A DNA stretch of 64,000 bases from Candidatus Hydrogenedentota bacterium (GCA_963674865.2 CAXXYE010000009.1:1120001-1184000); one strand, 5' to 3'. Counted from the stretch's first letter, positions 10,342 through 20,385 are shown. Program-made: numbers and translations. The notes: generated from the letters alone by a model not told the origin.

Positions 10342-11655
10342 ATGGCGCGCTGCTACGGAATCGCGGTTTCCCTCGGTATCCTTCTACTAACCGGCTGCAA
10401 TCCGGCTTCGATGCAGACGCCGGGGGAGGCTTCCACTGCGCGCACCTTCAAGCCGATCAATACTGAAGCCGCCACTTTCTGGGATCGGCAAACGACTGAG
10501 TCGGCGGAGCTTCTCCGTGAAATTGCCTCAGATTTCAACGCCGGCCATCCGGATCTTCCGATTAAGGTGGAGCACATCGGCGGGTATAGCGACATCTACC
10601 GGAAGGTTACCGCGAGTATCCAAGCGCGTACTCTTCCCGCACTGGCGGTGGCTTATGAGAGTATGACGGCCGAGTATGTCCGCGGCGGCGCGGTCTTGCC
10701 GCTGGACGATCTCATCGCCGATCCTGAGCATGGGATCGCGCCGGGCGACATGGAGGACTTCTTCCCCGGCGTGATCGAGACGAATACCTTTGCCGAATTT
10801 GGCGGGAAGATGTATTCCTTTCCCTTCTGCAAGAGCGTTCTCATGATGTACTTCAACAAGCGCGTTCTCGCGGAAGCCGGGATCGAGGCCCCCCCGAAGA
10901 CTTGGCGGGAGTTCTTGGCGCAGTGCCGGCAGGTGAAAGCGAAGACGGGCAAGTACGCCCACGCCGTATCGGTGGATTGCTCGACAGTCGACGGAATGAT
11001 CTTCAGCAGGGGCGGCGATGTATACGCCGATGGAGCGACGCTGTTCGACTCCGCCGAATCACTCGAAGTCTTTCGGCTCTATGAGACTCTGGTAAAGGAG
11101 GACCTTGCCTTTCAGATTCCTCCGGGCAGCTATGACGATGAGGTCGCCCTTGCCCAGGATCGCATCGCCTTCGCCTTTCGCTCGAGTTCGGGGCGTACGA
11201 GTGTAGGCCTGCTCATGGAGGGCGATCAGGAGAAGTGGGGGATGGCCCGGATCCCGCAGGCGAATGAAACTGATCCCCACACAGTGTTGTTCGGCCCGAA
11301 TGTCTGTATCTTCAACACCACTCCCGAGCAAGAGCGTTGCGCATGGGAGTTTGTGAAGTACTTCACCTCTTTGGAGATGGTGGTGCGGTGGGCCTTGGGA
11401 ACTGGCTACCTGCCCATTCGAAAATCCGCGGCGGATCATCCTAAGATGGCCGCCTTCTGGGCTGAATGGAAATACAACCGGGCCGCCTTCGATTGTCTTC
11501 CTTACGCCCGGCCCGAGCCCAACATCGCCGGATGGCAAGAGGTGCGCGGGATTGTCGAAGACGCCTTGACGGCCGTGCTTACCGGCATCAAGAACGCCGA
11601 CAAAGCCGCACACGACCTGAAAAGCACGGCCGACACCGCGCTCAATGGCGCGTGA
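10342..11655 (+). CDS. ABC transporter substrate-binding lipoprotein (UgpB-like)
   Basis: Lipobox LLTGC; MYSFPF..S..MYFNK, PPKTW.E, AWEFVKY, TGYLPIRKSA. Confidence 0.88.
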   Translation: MARCYGIAVSLGILLLTGCNPASMQTPGEASTARTFKPINTEAATFWDRQTTESAELLREIASDFNAGHPDLPIKVEHIGGYSDIYRKVTASIQARTLPALAVAYESMTAEYVRGGAVLPLDDLIADPEHGIAPGDMEDFFPGVIETNTFAEFGGKMYSFPFCKSVLMMYFNKRVLAEAGIEAPPKTWREFLAQCRQVKAKTGKYAHAVSVDCSTVDGMIFSRGGDVYADGATLFDSAESLEVFRLYETLVKEDLAFQIPPGSYDDEVALAQDRIAFAFRSSSGRTSVGLLMEGDQEKWGMARIPQANETDPHTVLFGPNVCIFNTTPEQERCAWEFVKYFTSLEMVVRWALGTGYLPIRKSAADHPKMAAFWAEWKYNRAAFDCLPYARPEPNIAGWQEVRGIVEDALTAVLTGIKNADKAAHDLKSTADTALNGA

Positions 11656-11690
11656 TGCACGGAAGCCCCGCTTGCCGCTAAGAAGATTTG

Positions 11691-11915
11691 CTAGACTTGC
11701 CCGTCGTGTTCGGCCGCGAAATCGTCCAGCGCGTCTTCTATCATTTCCCGGTGGTCTTTTTCCAACAGTTCCCGATCAGCCTTTCTGCGGAACATGACAC
11801 GGCGGTCATGTTCGCGAGCCGCTGTCCGCATGCGGCGATCCGGCCCCCGGCGGCGATCCTTGTGCCAGCGGCCGTACTTATCTTGGTAGTATCCTTCACG
11901 GAATTCCTCAGCCAC
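11691..11915 (-). CDS. Small Arg-rich hypothetical protein (74 aa) with DRR repeats
   Basis: GTG at 11915 preceded by GGGAG. Sequence includes KDRRRGPDRR...HDRRVMFRRKADRE. Confidence 0.6.
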   Translation of the reverse strand: MAEEFREGYYQDKYGRWHKDRRRGPDRRMRTAAREHDRRVMFRRKADRELLEKDHREMIEDALDDFAAEHDGQV

Positions 11916-12313
11916 GTCCGTCTCCCACAGTTCGATCCCGGCATGCCACTGCCGTGTCTGGCCCGAACGGCTCACACAATAGTCTTCTGCGCCCGGCTTT
12001 TCTCACCTATTGTCCAACGGGAACGGGCTCACGGATAACAAGCCGTCGGGGAGCTTATGAAACACTCTACCAGGTTCTCCAACGACAAGCTTGCCACATA
12101 GAGCGCCCGTTCCGAACGACTTGCATGCAGTCTCGTTATGCGGCTGTGAGAAAAGCGCGCTAGTCAAGTATACGAGCGTCCCGAGCCACCGTCAAGAGTG
12201 CATCGAAGCCGGGTGTGTCCCCAGTGATTTGCGCGAAGGGACGCGTCAAAGATGACAGTGCCCAGCCCGGATACGGTATACTCCGGGAAATTACCCATGG
12301 GGGTGGATGCGAC

Positions 12314-13285
12314 ATGTTCCAAGATTACAAAGTAGCCTACTTGCGTGAGCACGTGAAGGTGAAGGAGGCACAGCGGTTAAGCTTCCTTCGGGAGAGCGTC
12401 GCTTACCTCCTATCACAATCGGCCCGGGAAGTGCCGCATGCGGCGGGCATTGTCCCGTTTGACTGTACGGCATTGATCGAGTACGCGGAGCGCACCGCTC
12501 GAGCGATTGCCGAAAATCCCGGGGCGGATAGGGAGGCGGATCTGTTTCGCCGTGCCATTCGGCGCAATTACTCTGCCTTCTTTGTCAAGTTGCTGGCGCA
12601 TTGCCTGTATCACGTGCCGTCCGTGAATGGCTTCCTGGACTACGCGCCTTGGCGGCGCGGCGGCACGCTTTATGTGGCCGAGGACATCAACCTGAGCGTC
12701 ACCGTCAACACGAAATACGGGGTCGTACGGCCTATAGTGCGCAATCCTCACCTGAAGGATATTGAGACGGTAGCCAAGGAACTACGCGACCTGAGCCGCC
12801 GTGCGCGAAGGACGGATCCGGAGGAGTTGTACTGGCGCTGTGCCAAGACCTTCTTGAAATCCGCGGTTCGGCAGCTTGACTTCAGGGCGTTGGGAGCGCT
12901 TTGGATCATGTTACGAACGCTTGTCTCCGGGCGGATCAAGTCCGATCCCGCGCTAGCGGATGTGTCCGAAGAGAACAAGCTGCAAGTATCCGACATGCTT
13001 GGCGCCACCTGTACGTTGGCCAACATTGGGATGATGCTGCCCGGCATCCAGTCCGTTACGGTGATTGTGCCTCCGGAGGTGATGTTTTTCGGCATCGGCG
13101 ATCTTCACGAGGCGCCGCTGGTGGTAGACGGCGAAGTGAAGCCGCGCTACGTCATCAGCGTTATGGCCACGATGGATCACCGGGCCTTCGACGGAGGCGC
13201 CGCTTTTTCAGTCTATCCGCATCTCAAGCGGTACTTGGACTATCCCGAGTTGATCTACGAGTGGAAATCCGGGGACGAGATCTAG
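12314..13285 (+). CDS. Stand-alone 2-oxoacid dehydrogenase E2-type acyltransferase catalytic domain
   Basis: INLSVTV, GATCTLANIG and catalytic DHRAFDG. No lipoyl or E3-binding domain. Confidence 0.75.
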   Translation: MFQDYKVAYLREHVKVKEAQRLSFLRESVAYLLSQSAREVPHAAGIVPFDCTALIEYAERTARAIAENPGADREADLFRRAIRRNYSAFFVKLLAHCLYHVPSVNGFLDYAPWRRGGTLYVAEDINLSVTVNTKYGVVRPIVRNPHLKDIETVAKELRDLSRRARRTDPEELYWRCAKTFLKSAVRQLDFRALGALWIMLRTLVSGRIKSDPALADVSEENKLQVSDMLGATCTLANIGMMLPGIQSVTVIVPPEVMFFGIGDLHEAPLVVDGEVKPRYVISVMATMDHRAFDGGAAFSVYPHLKRYLDYPELIYEWKSGDEI

Positions 13286-13405
13286 CATGTCCTCTCATGG
13301 CGTTTCCGGCGCTGACGGCCGCTGAGTCTCTTGCCCGATGACGTCGCTGCGGGCTCATAATGGGCGTGGAGACAGTAGGTATGCGGCGGACTTGGCTACG
13401 GAAGG

Positions 13406-14341
13406 TCACGAGCGGCTCTTTGCGCGATTAACGCGGCGTTCCCACTCCTCCTCCAACCTGGGGCGGTGTTTCCAGCGCCGGTGAAGCCACAGCCACTGTT
13501 CGGGATGGCGGCGGATTTCTCTCTCGACGATGTCCTGGCAGCGCTGCGAATTCTCGACGAGGTCTTTGCGGAGATCATCCGTCCACGTCATGGCGAGGTC
13601 AGGGAATACCTCAAGCGTGTAGCGGGCGTCGTCGTCGCGTGCCATGGTGGCGAGGTGGATTGGCGCCTTGGCGCGCACCGCGGCCATGACGGGCGCGACG
13701 GTTGCCCAACACGGCTCGCCGAAGAAGCGTACGGGCACGGCACTGACGCGCGGACTCTGATCTACCAGCACGCCGACGAGGTGTTTCTCTCTGAGAAGTC
13801 GGAGCACCTCGGCGGCGGCATTGGTCTTGGCTATAGTCAGGACGCCGCGGGAGCAGCGGAGGCGGTCAATGTGGGTGTTGAGTCGCGGGATGTCGAGCGG
13901 CCGCACCACTTCGGCTACCCTGAAGCCGCAATTCTGCAGCACGGGGGCCATCCACTCCCAATTCCCGAAATGTGCGCCGATCATCAGGGCGCCGCGGGAA
14001 GTATCGATATTCTCGACGCCTTTGAGCGTGATGTGGCGCTCGATGAAGGCGCTGTCGAGCCGCGGCATGCGCGATAGTTCGGCGGCGACGACGCCCACAT
14101 TCTTGGTGGCCTGCTTGAGGATGCGGATCTTCTCCGCCCGGGAGAGTGCAGTTCCGTAAGCCCGTTCCAGGTTTTCCAGGCCGACGCGCCGTATGCGTGG
14201 AATCAGGTAATACGCCGCCCGTGCCACGCCCCTGCCCAGCGCCCTGCTTGTGCGCAGAGGGAGGCGCCCGGTGATGCCTGTGAATGCGAGGGTCACGGCC
14301 GTGGCGAGCCACTCGTAGACACGGTGGTGGTGCCGGGACAT
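13406..14341 (-). CDS. Lipid A biosynthesis acyltransferase (LpxL/HtrB family)
   Basis: HFGNWE, LVDQ, VRFFG, PEQWLWLHRRWK. Confidence 0.88.
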   Translation of the reverse strand: MSRHHHRVYEWLATAVTLAFTGITGRLPLRTSRALGRGVARAAYYLIPRIRRVGLENLERAYGTALSRAEKIRILKQATKNVGVVAAELSRMPRLDSAFIERHITLKGVENIDTSRGALMIGAHFGNWEWMAPVLQNCGFRVAEVVRPLDIPRLNTHIDRLRCSRGVLTIAKTNAAAEVLRLLREKHLVGVLVDQSPRVSAVPVRFFGEPCWATVAPVMAAVRAKAPIHLATMARDDDARYTLEVFPDLAMTWTDDLRKDLVENSQRCQDIVEREIRRHPEQWLWLHRRWKHRPRLEEEWERRVNRAKSRS

Positions 14342-14465
14342 GGTTAGGAATCCGGCCAGAAAGCGCGGTTCCTGGAGGGGCGCGGCCAGAAAGCGCTTGT
14401 AGGTCTTTCTGTGTCAATATCCGAAATGCTTGCTCTCCTTCGTTCGGTGGCTTTCTGCCGCACCC

Positions 14466-15833
14466 CTAGCGCTCGAGCAAGACGGTTTCGCCAAGTCCAG
14501 GCGCGAACGCGCGCGAACCGGCGCCGCCATGTTCCTGCATCCAGGCAACGGCTTCGGGGTCGCCGTGAATGAATACGACATTCTTGGGGCGGATGCGTTC
14601 GACGATGTGCGTGAGTGCGCTTCGGGTCGCGTGGGCGCTGAAGTGGAACTGCTGGATATTCTGGAGCTCAATGGGGACACGTCTCCCGCTTGTCTCAAAG
14701 CGAAATGCGTCGCCCGGCTCGGCATGGAGGAGGTGATAGCCAAGCGTGTCGGGATCGAGATAGCCGACGAAGAAGATCCCGTGTTTCTTGTGGCGAACCA
14801 TCTCCATGGCGATCATGGCGGAGGGCGTATTCTCGATCATCATACCTGCGGTGGCGACGATGATGCAGGGTTTTCGGAGAAGATCCAGGACCACCTGGTG
14901 TTCCCACACATCGCCGATGCGCTTGAAGTCCCGCAAGGGGCGGGGGATTGCTCCGGGCCGCAGGTATCCGGTGTGCTTGCAGTAGATCTCGTAGATCGCG
15001 CGGCCCAGGCCTGACGCATAGACAGGGACATCGGGAATCTCGCCGGTGCTCTGCAGGCGAGCTATCAGGTTGAGCTGTTCTTGTGTCCGGCCGAGGGCGA
15101 ATGCCGGGATCAACGCTACGCCGCCCCGGCGGAGGACGCGGGTGATCTCGCCCGCAAACCTTGCGGACTCGACCTCGGGGCGGATGGCGTCGGCCTCTTC
15201 GTTGGCGCCGTAAGTGGACTCGATCACCAGTGTGTCGACTTGAACATCGGGGTCGAGGGGCGTAAGTCCGGCCATGAGTTCCTGGTCGGTGGTGCAGATA
15301 TCGCCCGTGTAGAAGAGAACGTGGCCCGGGGCGCGGAGAAGCACGCTGGCGCTTCCCAGAACGTGGCCGGCATGGTGGAAAGACGCCCGTACGGGCTTGT
15401 CGAGGACGGGCACGAACTCGCGCTCCAAATCGAGGCCGTACGTGCGCCCCAGGGCGTAGTCGACATCGTCGTGCGAATAGAGGGGATATCCCTCGACGCC
15501 TTGTTCCAGGGCGAGCATCCCCATGACGGCGACGCTGTTGTGGAGCATGCGGTCCATGATGCGCACGGTTGGCGCGGTGGCATAAGGTATGGCCGAGGGA
15601 AAATGGGTCAACAGATAGGGCACAGCCCCGCAGTGGTCGATGTGTCCGTGGGTGACGACAACGGCGTCGGGCGCTTGGCGGAGCAGCGACAGGTCGGGCA
15701 ACGCCTCGACGCCCTCCTTTTTCGGGTGCATGCCGCAGTCGAGGAGAATCCGGCAGCCATCGGCCGTAAACAGAAATGAGTTGGCGCCGATTTCCGAGCC
15801 GCCGCCAATGGGTGTAAAGGTTGTCTTGGACAC
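14466..15833 (-). CDS. MBL-fold beta-CASP hydrolase (putative RNase)
   Basis: LLDCGMHP, THGHIDHCG, AGHVLGS, YTGD, ESTYG, PAFALGRTQE, FSAHA, HGD. Confidence 0.9.
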   Translation of the reverse strand: MSKTTFTPIGGGSEIGANSFLFTADGCRILLDCGMHPKKEGVEALPDLSLLRQAPDAVVVTHGHIDHCGAVPYLLTHFPSAIPYATAPTVRIMDRMLHNSVAVMGMLALEQGVEGYPLYSHDDVDYALGRTYGLDLEREFVPVLDKPVRASFHHAGHVLGSASVLLRAPGHVLFYTGDICTTDQELMAGLTPLDPDVQVDTLVIESTYGANEEADAIRPEVESARFAGEITRVLRRGGVALIPAFALGRTQEQLNLIARLQSTGEIPDVPVYASGLGRAIYEIYCKHTGYLRPGAIPRPLRDFKRIGDVWEHQVVLDLLRKPCIIVATAGMMIENTPSAMIAMEMVRHKKHGIFFVGYLDPDTLGYHLLHAEPGDAFRFETSGRRVPIELQNIQQFHFSAHATRSALTHIVERIRPKNVVFIHGDPEAVAWMQEHGGAGSRAFAPGLGETVLLER

Positions 15834-15857
15834 GTTTTGAAATTCCTGAAGAAGGCC

Positions 15858-15887
15858 ATTCTAGCGGGCGCGTGCGCGGAGGTGCAA
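15858..15887 (-). promoter_or_regulatory. Putative sigma70 promoter of the beta-CASP gene
   Basis: Minus strand TTGCAC-18 bp-TAGAAT. Confidence 0.5.
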
Positions 15888-15902
15888 GCTCTCTGCCGGC
15901 CC

Positions 15903-17116
15903 CTGAGTTCTTATTGTAAGTGCAACATGGTTGGGTGAGTGCCCTTTCCCGTCGGAGCCGTTCGTCGCTCACCCCTGAGCGGCGGCGGACGGCGACAGCG
16001 GGAAGGGCCCCCCTTTGCTGTAGGTGAGTTCTGAGCACAAGGCAGACAGAACAAGGAAGGCATCGAGGAATCCGTTCGGTACACTGGGTTTTTTGCACGA
16101 ACCAAGAACCGAAAGGAGTCTCGATGCCCTATCGCCATCTTACACCAATGGAACGCGGACAGATACAAGCATGGCTTAGCCAAGGGCTGAGTCAACGGGC
16201 CATTGCCGTCCAGTTGGGCCGTAGCGCCTCGACGGTGTGCCGGGAACTGGCTCGGAATCGGGCCCCGTCCAAGGCATATTCCGCGGCGCGCGCCCAGAAA
16301 CGATACGAGCAGGTCCGCAAGACTTGCCGAAGAACCACCTCGCTCAGTGAGCCGGCGTTACGGCGCTATCTCTTCGACAAGATGACGGAAGGATGGTCGC
16401 CGGAGCAGATTGCGGGCCGCCTCTGGCTGGATTTCCCCGGCCAACCGCGCATGCGCGTCAGTCCCGAGACCATCTACCGCTCGTTGTACACCGATGAAAA
16501 GCTAGGCAATCCCTTGATCGGTTGTCTTCGACGCCGGCGGCCGCGCCGCCGCAAACGCGGGGAGCGCCGCCCCACGAGGCCCTTCATTCCCAATCGCGTC
16601 GGCATCGAGGCCCGGCCGCCCGAGGTCGCCACCCGAAAGCGCTACGGGGATTGGGAAGGAGATCTACTCGTCGGGGCCAACCAACAGGGCGCCGTGCTTA
16701 CCCTGGTGGAACGTAAGTCCTTGCTGCTACGGGCCGCACTGCTCGGCTCCCGTCATGCCGACGGCGTCGCCCAGGCTGCCATCGACCAACTCAGGCACCT
16801 GCCCGCCCACTGGACAAAGACCATCACCTTCGATAACGGCAGCGAATTCGCTCACCACAGACACATCGCCGAGGTCTTGGGCCTCGACACCTACTTCGCC
16901 AATCCCTATGCCGCCTACGAGCGCGGCACCAACGAAAACACCAACGGCCTCCTACGCCAGTATCTCCCCAAGAACACCAACTTCAGGGAAATTGCCGAAA
17001 GCCAGCTCCAAAGCTACGTCCGTCAACTTAACAACAGGCCACGCAAAAAACTGGGATACCGAACTCCTAACGAAGTCTTCAAGCTACACGCCGTTGCACT
17101 TGCTCATTGAATCCAG
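15903..17116 (+). mobile_element. IS30-family insertion sequence (about 1214 bp)
   Basis: Imperfect 24-bp terminal IRs: CTGAGTTCTTATTGTAAGTGCAAC (15903-15926) and the reverse complement of 17093-17116, CTGGATTCAATGAGCAAGTGCAAC. CCC flanks both ends (candidate target duplication). Confidence 0.85.
16124..17110 (+). CDS. IS30-family transposase
   Basis: N-terminal HTH (IAVQLGRSASTVCREL), WSPEQI, ETIY, DDE motifs GDWEGD, TFDNGSEF, ERGTNENTNGLLRQY, LNNRPRK. RBS AAGGAG. Confidence 0.96.
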   Translation: MPYRHLTPMERGQIQAWLSQGLSQRAIAVQLGRSASTVCRELARNRAPSKAYSAARAQKRYEQVRKTCRRTTSLSEPALRRYLFDKMTEGWSPEQIAGRLWLDFPGQPRMRVSPETIYRSLYTDEKLGNPLIGCLRRRRPRRRKRGERRPTRPFIPNRVGIEARPPEVATRKRYGDWEGDLLVGANQQGAVLTLVERKSLLLRAALLGSRHADGVAQAAIDQLRHLPAHWTKTITFDNGSEFAHHRHIAEVLGLDTYFANPYAAYERGTNENTNGLLRQYLPKNTNFREIAESQLQSYVRQLNNRPRKKLGYRTPNEVFKLHAVALAH

Positions 17117-17161
17117 CCCGGGCTGCCATTGTGCCGTGCTCCAAATGGACGGGCATGGCAA

Positions 17162-17191
17162 TTGACCGGCTTCGCGGGCCGGTGATAGAGT
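17162..17191 (+). promoter_or_regulatory. Putative sigma70 promoter
   Basis: TTGACC-18 bp-TAGAGT with an extended TG. Confidence 0.4.
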
Positions 17192-17252
17192 TGGCCACAG
17201 TCCGGGCGTAGGGATTATGGGCGGCGCCTGGGGCAGCGAAGAGGTGCGTTGG

Positions 17253-18185
17253 ATGATGGTGTGGACCTTGGCGCTTTCCGCAATGCTCACAAACGCGCCG
17301 AGCCCGGGCGCAGGGGAAGAAGCCGTGGAGATAGCGGGTTTTCTGCCGGACGAGGTCTGCGGCTGGCGCGCGGCCAAGCCGGACGGATTCTATACAGCCG
17401 ATAACCTCTTCGACTATATCAACGGCGGGGCGGAGGTCTACCGCTCATTCAATGTTCGGTGTGCTCTCGGCCGGCGGTACGTCAAGCAGGGCAGCGCAGA
17501 GATCATCGCCGACGTATTCGACATGGGGTCGCCGGAGGATGCCTTCGGAGCCTATCATCACGATGTGCGCGATGGCGTATGCCCGGGTATCGGGCAAGAG
17601 TCAGAGTATGGCGGAGGGGCGCTCGCCTTCTGGAAGGGCCGGTACTTCGTATCGATCATAGCGCTGAGGGCGTCCGCGGAATCCAAGAGCGCGCTGTTAA
17701 AGCTGGGTGAGGCGGTTGCGGGAGCCATTTCCGCCGCGGGGGCCTTTCCCGAGCCACTTGCGTGGCTTCCAGAGAAGGCTCTACTTCCCGGGCAGATGCA
17801 CTATTTCCACGATCACTCTGTTCTGAAGAGCCATTACTTCCTCAGTGAGGAGAATCTCCTCGGTTTGGGCCGCGAAACGGAAGGGATTCTCGCGCGATAC
17901 CGCTCGGCGGCCGGCGGCAGCGGGACGGTGGTGGCCTTGGTTGTTCGTTATCCGGCCCGACGCAAGGCTCGGGCTGTGCATCGACGCTTCCGGGGCGTTT
18001 ACCTGCCGGACGCGGATGACGAGGGCCTGGCGCAGACGGAGGACGGCAAGTGGGCCGGCGTGGGCCTTGAGAGGAATGTCATCCTAGGCGTGTTCGACGC
18101 TCCGTCCAGGGAGGATGTCCGGGCCCGCTTGATGGAAATCCGTCGCCGTATAATTGAGCGAAAGAGGCGTGATGGGCGCAAGTGA
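17253..18185 (+). CDS. Exported hypothetical protein (DUF6599-like)
   Basis: Signal-like N-terminus after GAGGTG; NLFDYINGGAEVY, DVFDMGSPEDAFGAY, FWKGRYFV. Family recalled, not searched. Confidence 0.6.
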   Translation: MMVWTLALSAMLTNAPSPGAGEEAVEIAGFLPDEVCGWRAAKPDGFYTADNLFDYINGGAEVYRSFNVRCALGRRYVKQGSAEIIADVFDMGSPEDAFGAYHHDVRDGVCPGIGQESEYGGGALAFWKGRYFVSIIALRASAESKSALLKLGEAVAGAISAAGAFPEPLAWLPEKALLPGQMHYFHDHSVLKSHYFLSEENLLGLGRETEGILARYRSAAGGSGTVVALVVRYPARRKARAVHRRFRGVYLPDADDEGLAQTEDGKWAGVGLERNVILGVFDAPSREDVRARLMEIRRRIIERKRRDGRK

Positions 18186-18451
18186 AGCGCCCTGTGTGCC
18201 GGTAGGAGACGCTCCCGCAGCCGGGCAAACCTGCTTTTCACAAGGCGTCGAGTTGCAGCGCACCCACCGGCGTCTTCCTTCCTCACTTCCGTCAGGCGTA
18301 GCGTACTTCGGGGGCGGTGGAGGTGGAGATCCCGCCATCGGAACCGGTATACTCCGAGCCTGCGAGCCGCGGGCTGCGTGCAAGGTCGGCGGCGCCAAGT
18401 CTGGCAGGTAATCGTTCAGCCAAATCATAGATGAGGAAAGGTGTGGACGCG

Positions 18452-20347
18452 ATGAGTTTCCCTATTGATGTAAGCAAATACCAACCTCTGAGCCTGGATC
18501 CGGCGCAGGCGGGTTTGACGCCGGAACAGAAGACACAGCTCGATACGAATATCGGGATTGTTCGCGACACAATCATTTTCTTCACGGCCGTGGCCGGCGT
18601 CAAAGGCCTCGCGGGGCACACGGGCGGCGCATACAGCATCGTCCCTGAGGTGCTTATCGCCGACGGTTTCATGCACGGCAGCGGCGCGATGTATCCGGTG
18701 TTCTTCGATGAGGCTGGCCACCGCGTGGCAATCCAGTACGCCATGTCGGCTTTCAATGGCGAAATGCCTTTTGAGAAACTGCTGCACTATCGGGAATATG
18801 GCCATGGCCTGTTCGGGCATCCGGAACTCGACCCCGAGCTTGGGGTGAAGTTCGCTTCGGGGCGCTTGGGGCATCTGTGGCCTTTTGTGAACGGTGTGGC
18901 CAAGGCCAATCCGGACAAGACGGTTTTCTTGTTTGGAAGCGACGGCTCGCAGATGGAAGGAAACGATGCCGAGGCGGCGCGTCTGGCCGTTGCGCAGCAA
19001 CTGAACGTCAAGGTAGTGGTCGATGATAATAACGTGACTATTTCGGGCCATCCGTCGGATTATCTGCCGCACTATGACGTGGGCCGCCAACTGGCGGGCT
19101 GCGGCATGCCGGTGGACACGGGCGAGGGCGAGGACTGGGCGGCGCTGTATGCGCGAATGCAGAAGGCGGTTGCGGCACCAGGCCCCGCGGCGTTGATCAA
19201 CAAGCGAGTCATGGCCCCGGGCGTGCCGGAAATCGAAGGTTCGCACGCTGGCCACGATGTTATTAAGAAAGATCCGGCGGTTACCTATCTCTCGGAGCGG
19301 GGGTACAGCGAAGCAGTCGAGTACCTGAACGGCGTGAAAGTCGAGAAAACTTCGGTGTCTTTCCTGGGCGTCTCGCAGGAGGTAGGCAGCAACCGGACGG
19401 AATTCGGCAAGATCGTCAACGGGATTCTCGACAAAATGAGCGAGGAAGAGCGCACGGCCGAGCTCCTCGTCATCGATTCGGATCTCGAGGGCTCAACGGG
19501 CCTGAACTCGATCCGCAAGGAACATCCCGAGGTGTGTATCAACGGCGGCGTCGAGGAGCGGGGCAATTTCAGTGCGGCCGCGGGATTCGGCTTTGAGAAG
19601 GGCAAGCAGGGCATTTTCAGCACGTTTTCGGCGTTCATCGAGATGATCATCTCGGAGGCCACCATGGCGCGGCTGAATGGGGCCAACGTGATCTGCCACT
19701 TCTCGCACGCTGGCGTGGACGACATCGCCGACAACACCTGCCATTTCGGAATCAATGTTTTCTTCGGCCATAACGGACTGCCCGAAGGCGATGATACGCG
19801 GCTCTATTTCGCAGCCGACGCGCTTCAACTTAAGGCGCTCGTCGAAACCATCTGGAACGACCCGGGTGTGCGGTACGTTTTCACCACGCGGTCGAAGGTC
19901 CCCTTCGTCTTGAAGGAGGACGGCAGCAAGTTCTTCGGTGACGGGTACACCTTTGAGCCGGGCAAGGACGAGGTCCTGCGCGAGGGCAAGGCCGGTTACG
20001 TTGTGGCCTATGGCGAGATGGTGTACCGGGCACTCGACGCCGTCGAGCGGGCTCGCCAGGAAGGTATCGACGTTGGGCTGATCAACAAGCCGACGCTGAA
20101 TGTGGTCGACGAGGCTGCGCTGAAGCAGGCCGGCGGCACAGGTTTCGTGCTCTTGGTGGAAGGCCAAAACCGGAACACCGGCCTTGGTGTGAGGTATGGA
20201 AGTTGGCTGCTCGAGCGTGGGCTTGCCCCGAAGTACGCCTATCTGGGCGTCACAAGGCCGGGCAATGGTGGGACGACGGAGCAGGTTGCCTATCAGGGTC
20301 TTGCGCCGGAAGATATCCTGGCGCAGATTAAGGCTATGGCGGGATAG
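18452..20347 (+). CDS. Transketolase-like ThDP-dependent enzyme
   Basis: GHTGG, GHPE, SGRLGH, ThDP motif variant GSDGSQMEG...DDN, DSDLEGSTG, FSTFSAF, HFSHAG, C-terminal TK domain. Confidence 0.85.
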   Translation: MSFPIDVSKYQPLSLDPAQAGLTPEQKTQLDTNIGIVRDTIIFFTAVAGVKGLAGHTGGAYSIVPEVLIADGFMHGSGAMYPVFFDEAGHRVAIQYAMSAFNGEMPFEKLLHYREYGHGLFGHPELDPELGVKFASGRLGHLWPFVNGVAKANPDKTVFLFGSDGSQMEGNDAEAARLAVAQQLNVKVVVDDNNVTISGHPSDYLPHYDVGRQLAGCGMPVDTGEGEDWAALYARMQKAVAAPGPAALINKRVMAPGVPEIEGSHAGHDVIKKDPAVTYLSERGYSEAVEYLNGVKVEKTSVSFLGVSQEVGSNRTEFGKIVNGILDKMSEEERTAELLVIDSDLEGSTGLNSIRKEHPEVCINGGVEERGNFSAAAGFGFEKGKQGIFSTFSAFIEMIISEATMARLNGANVICHFSHAGVDDIADNTCHFGINVFFGHNGLPEGDDTRLYFAADALQLKALVETIWNDPGVRYVFTTRSKVPFVLKEDGSKFFGDGYTFEPGKDEVLREGKAGYVVAYGEMVYRALDAVERARQEGIDVGLINKPTLNVVDEAALKQAGGTGFVLLVEGQNRNTGLGVRYGSWLLERGLAPKYAYLGVTRPGNGGTTEQVAYQGLAPEDILAQIKAMAG

Positions 20348-20385
20348 CGCCGCAGCGAGCGCCTGACAGACTGAAACGGTTTCTC

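Noticed and set aside
8455..11655. ABC operon lacking an ATPase
   Set aside because: Common for carbohydrate (CUT1) systems that share an MsmK/MalK-type ATPase encoded elsewhere
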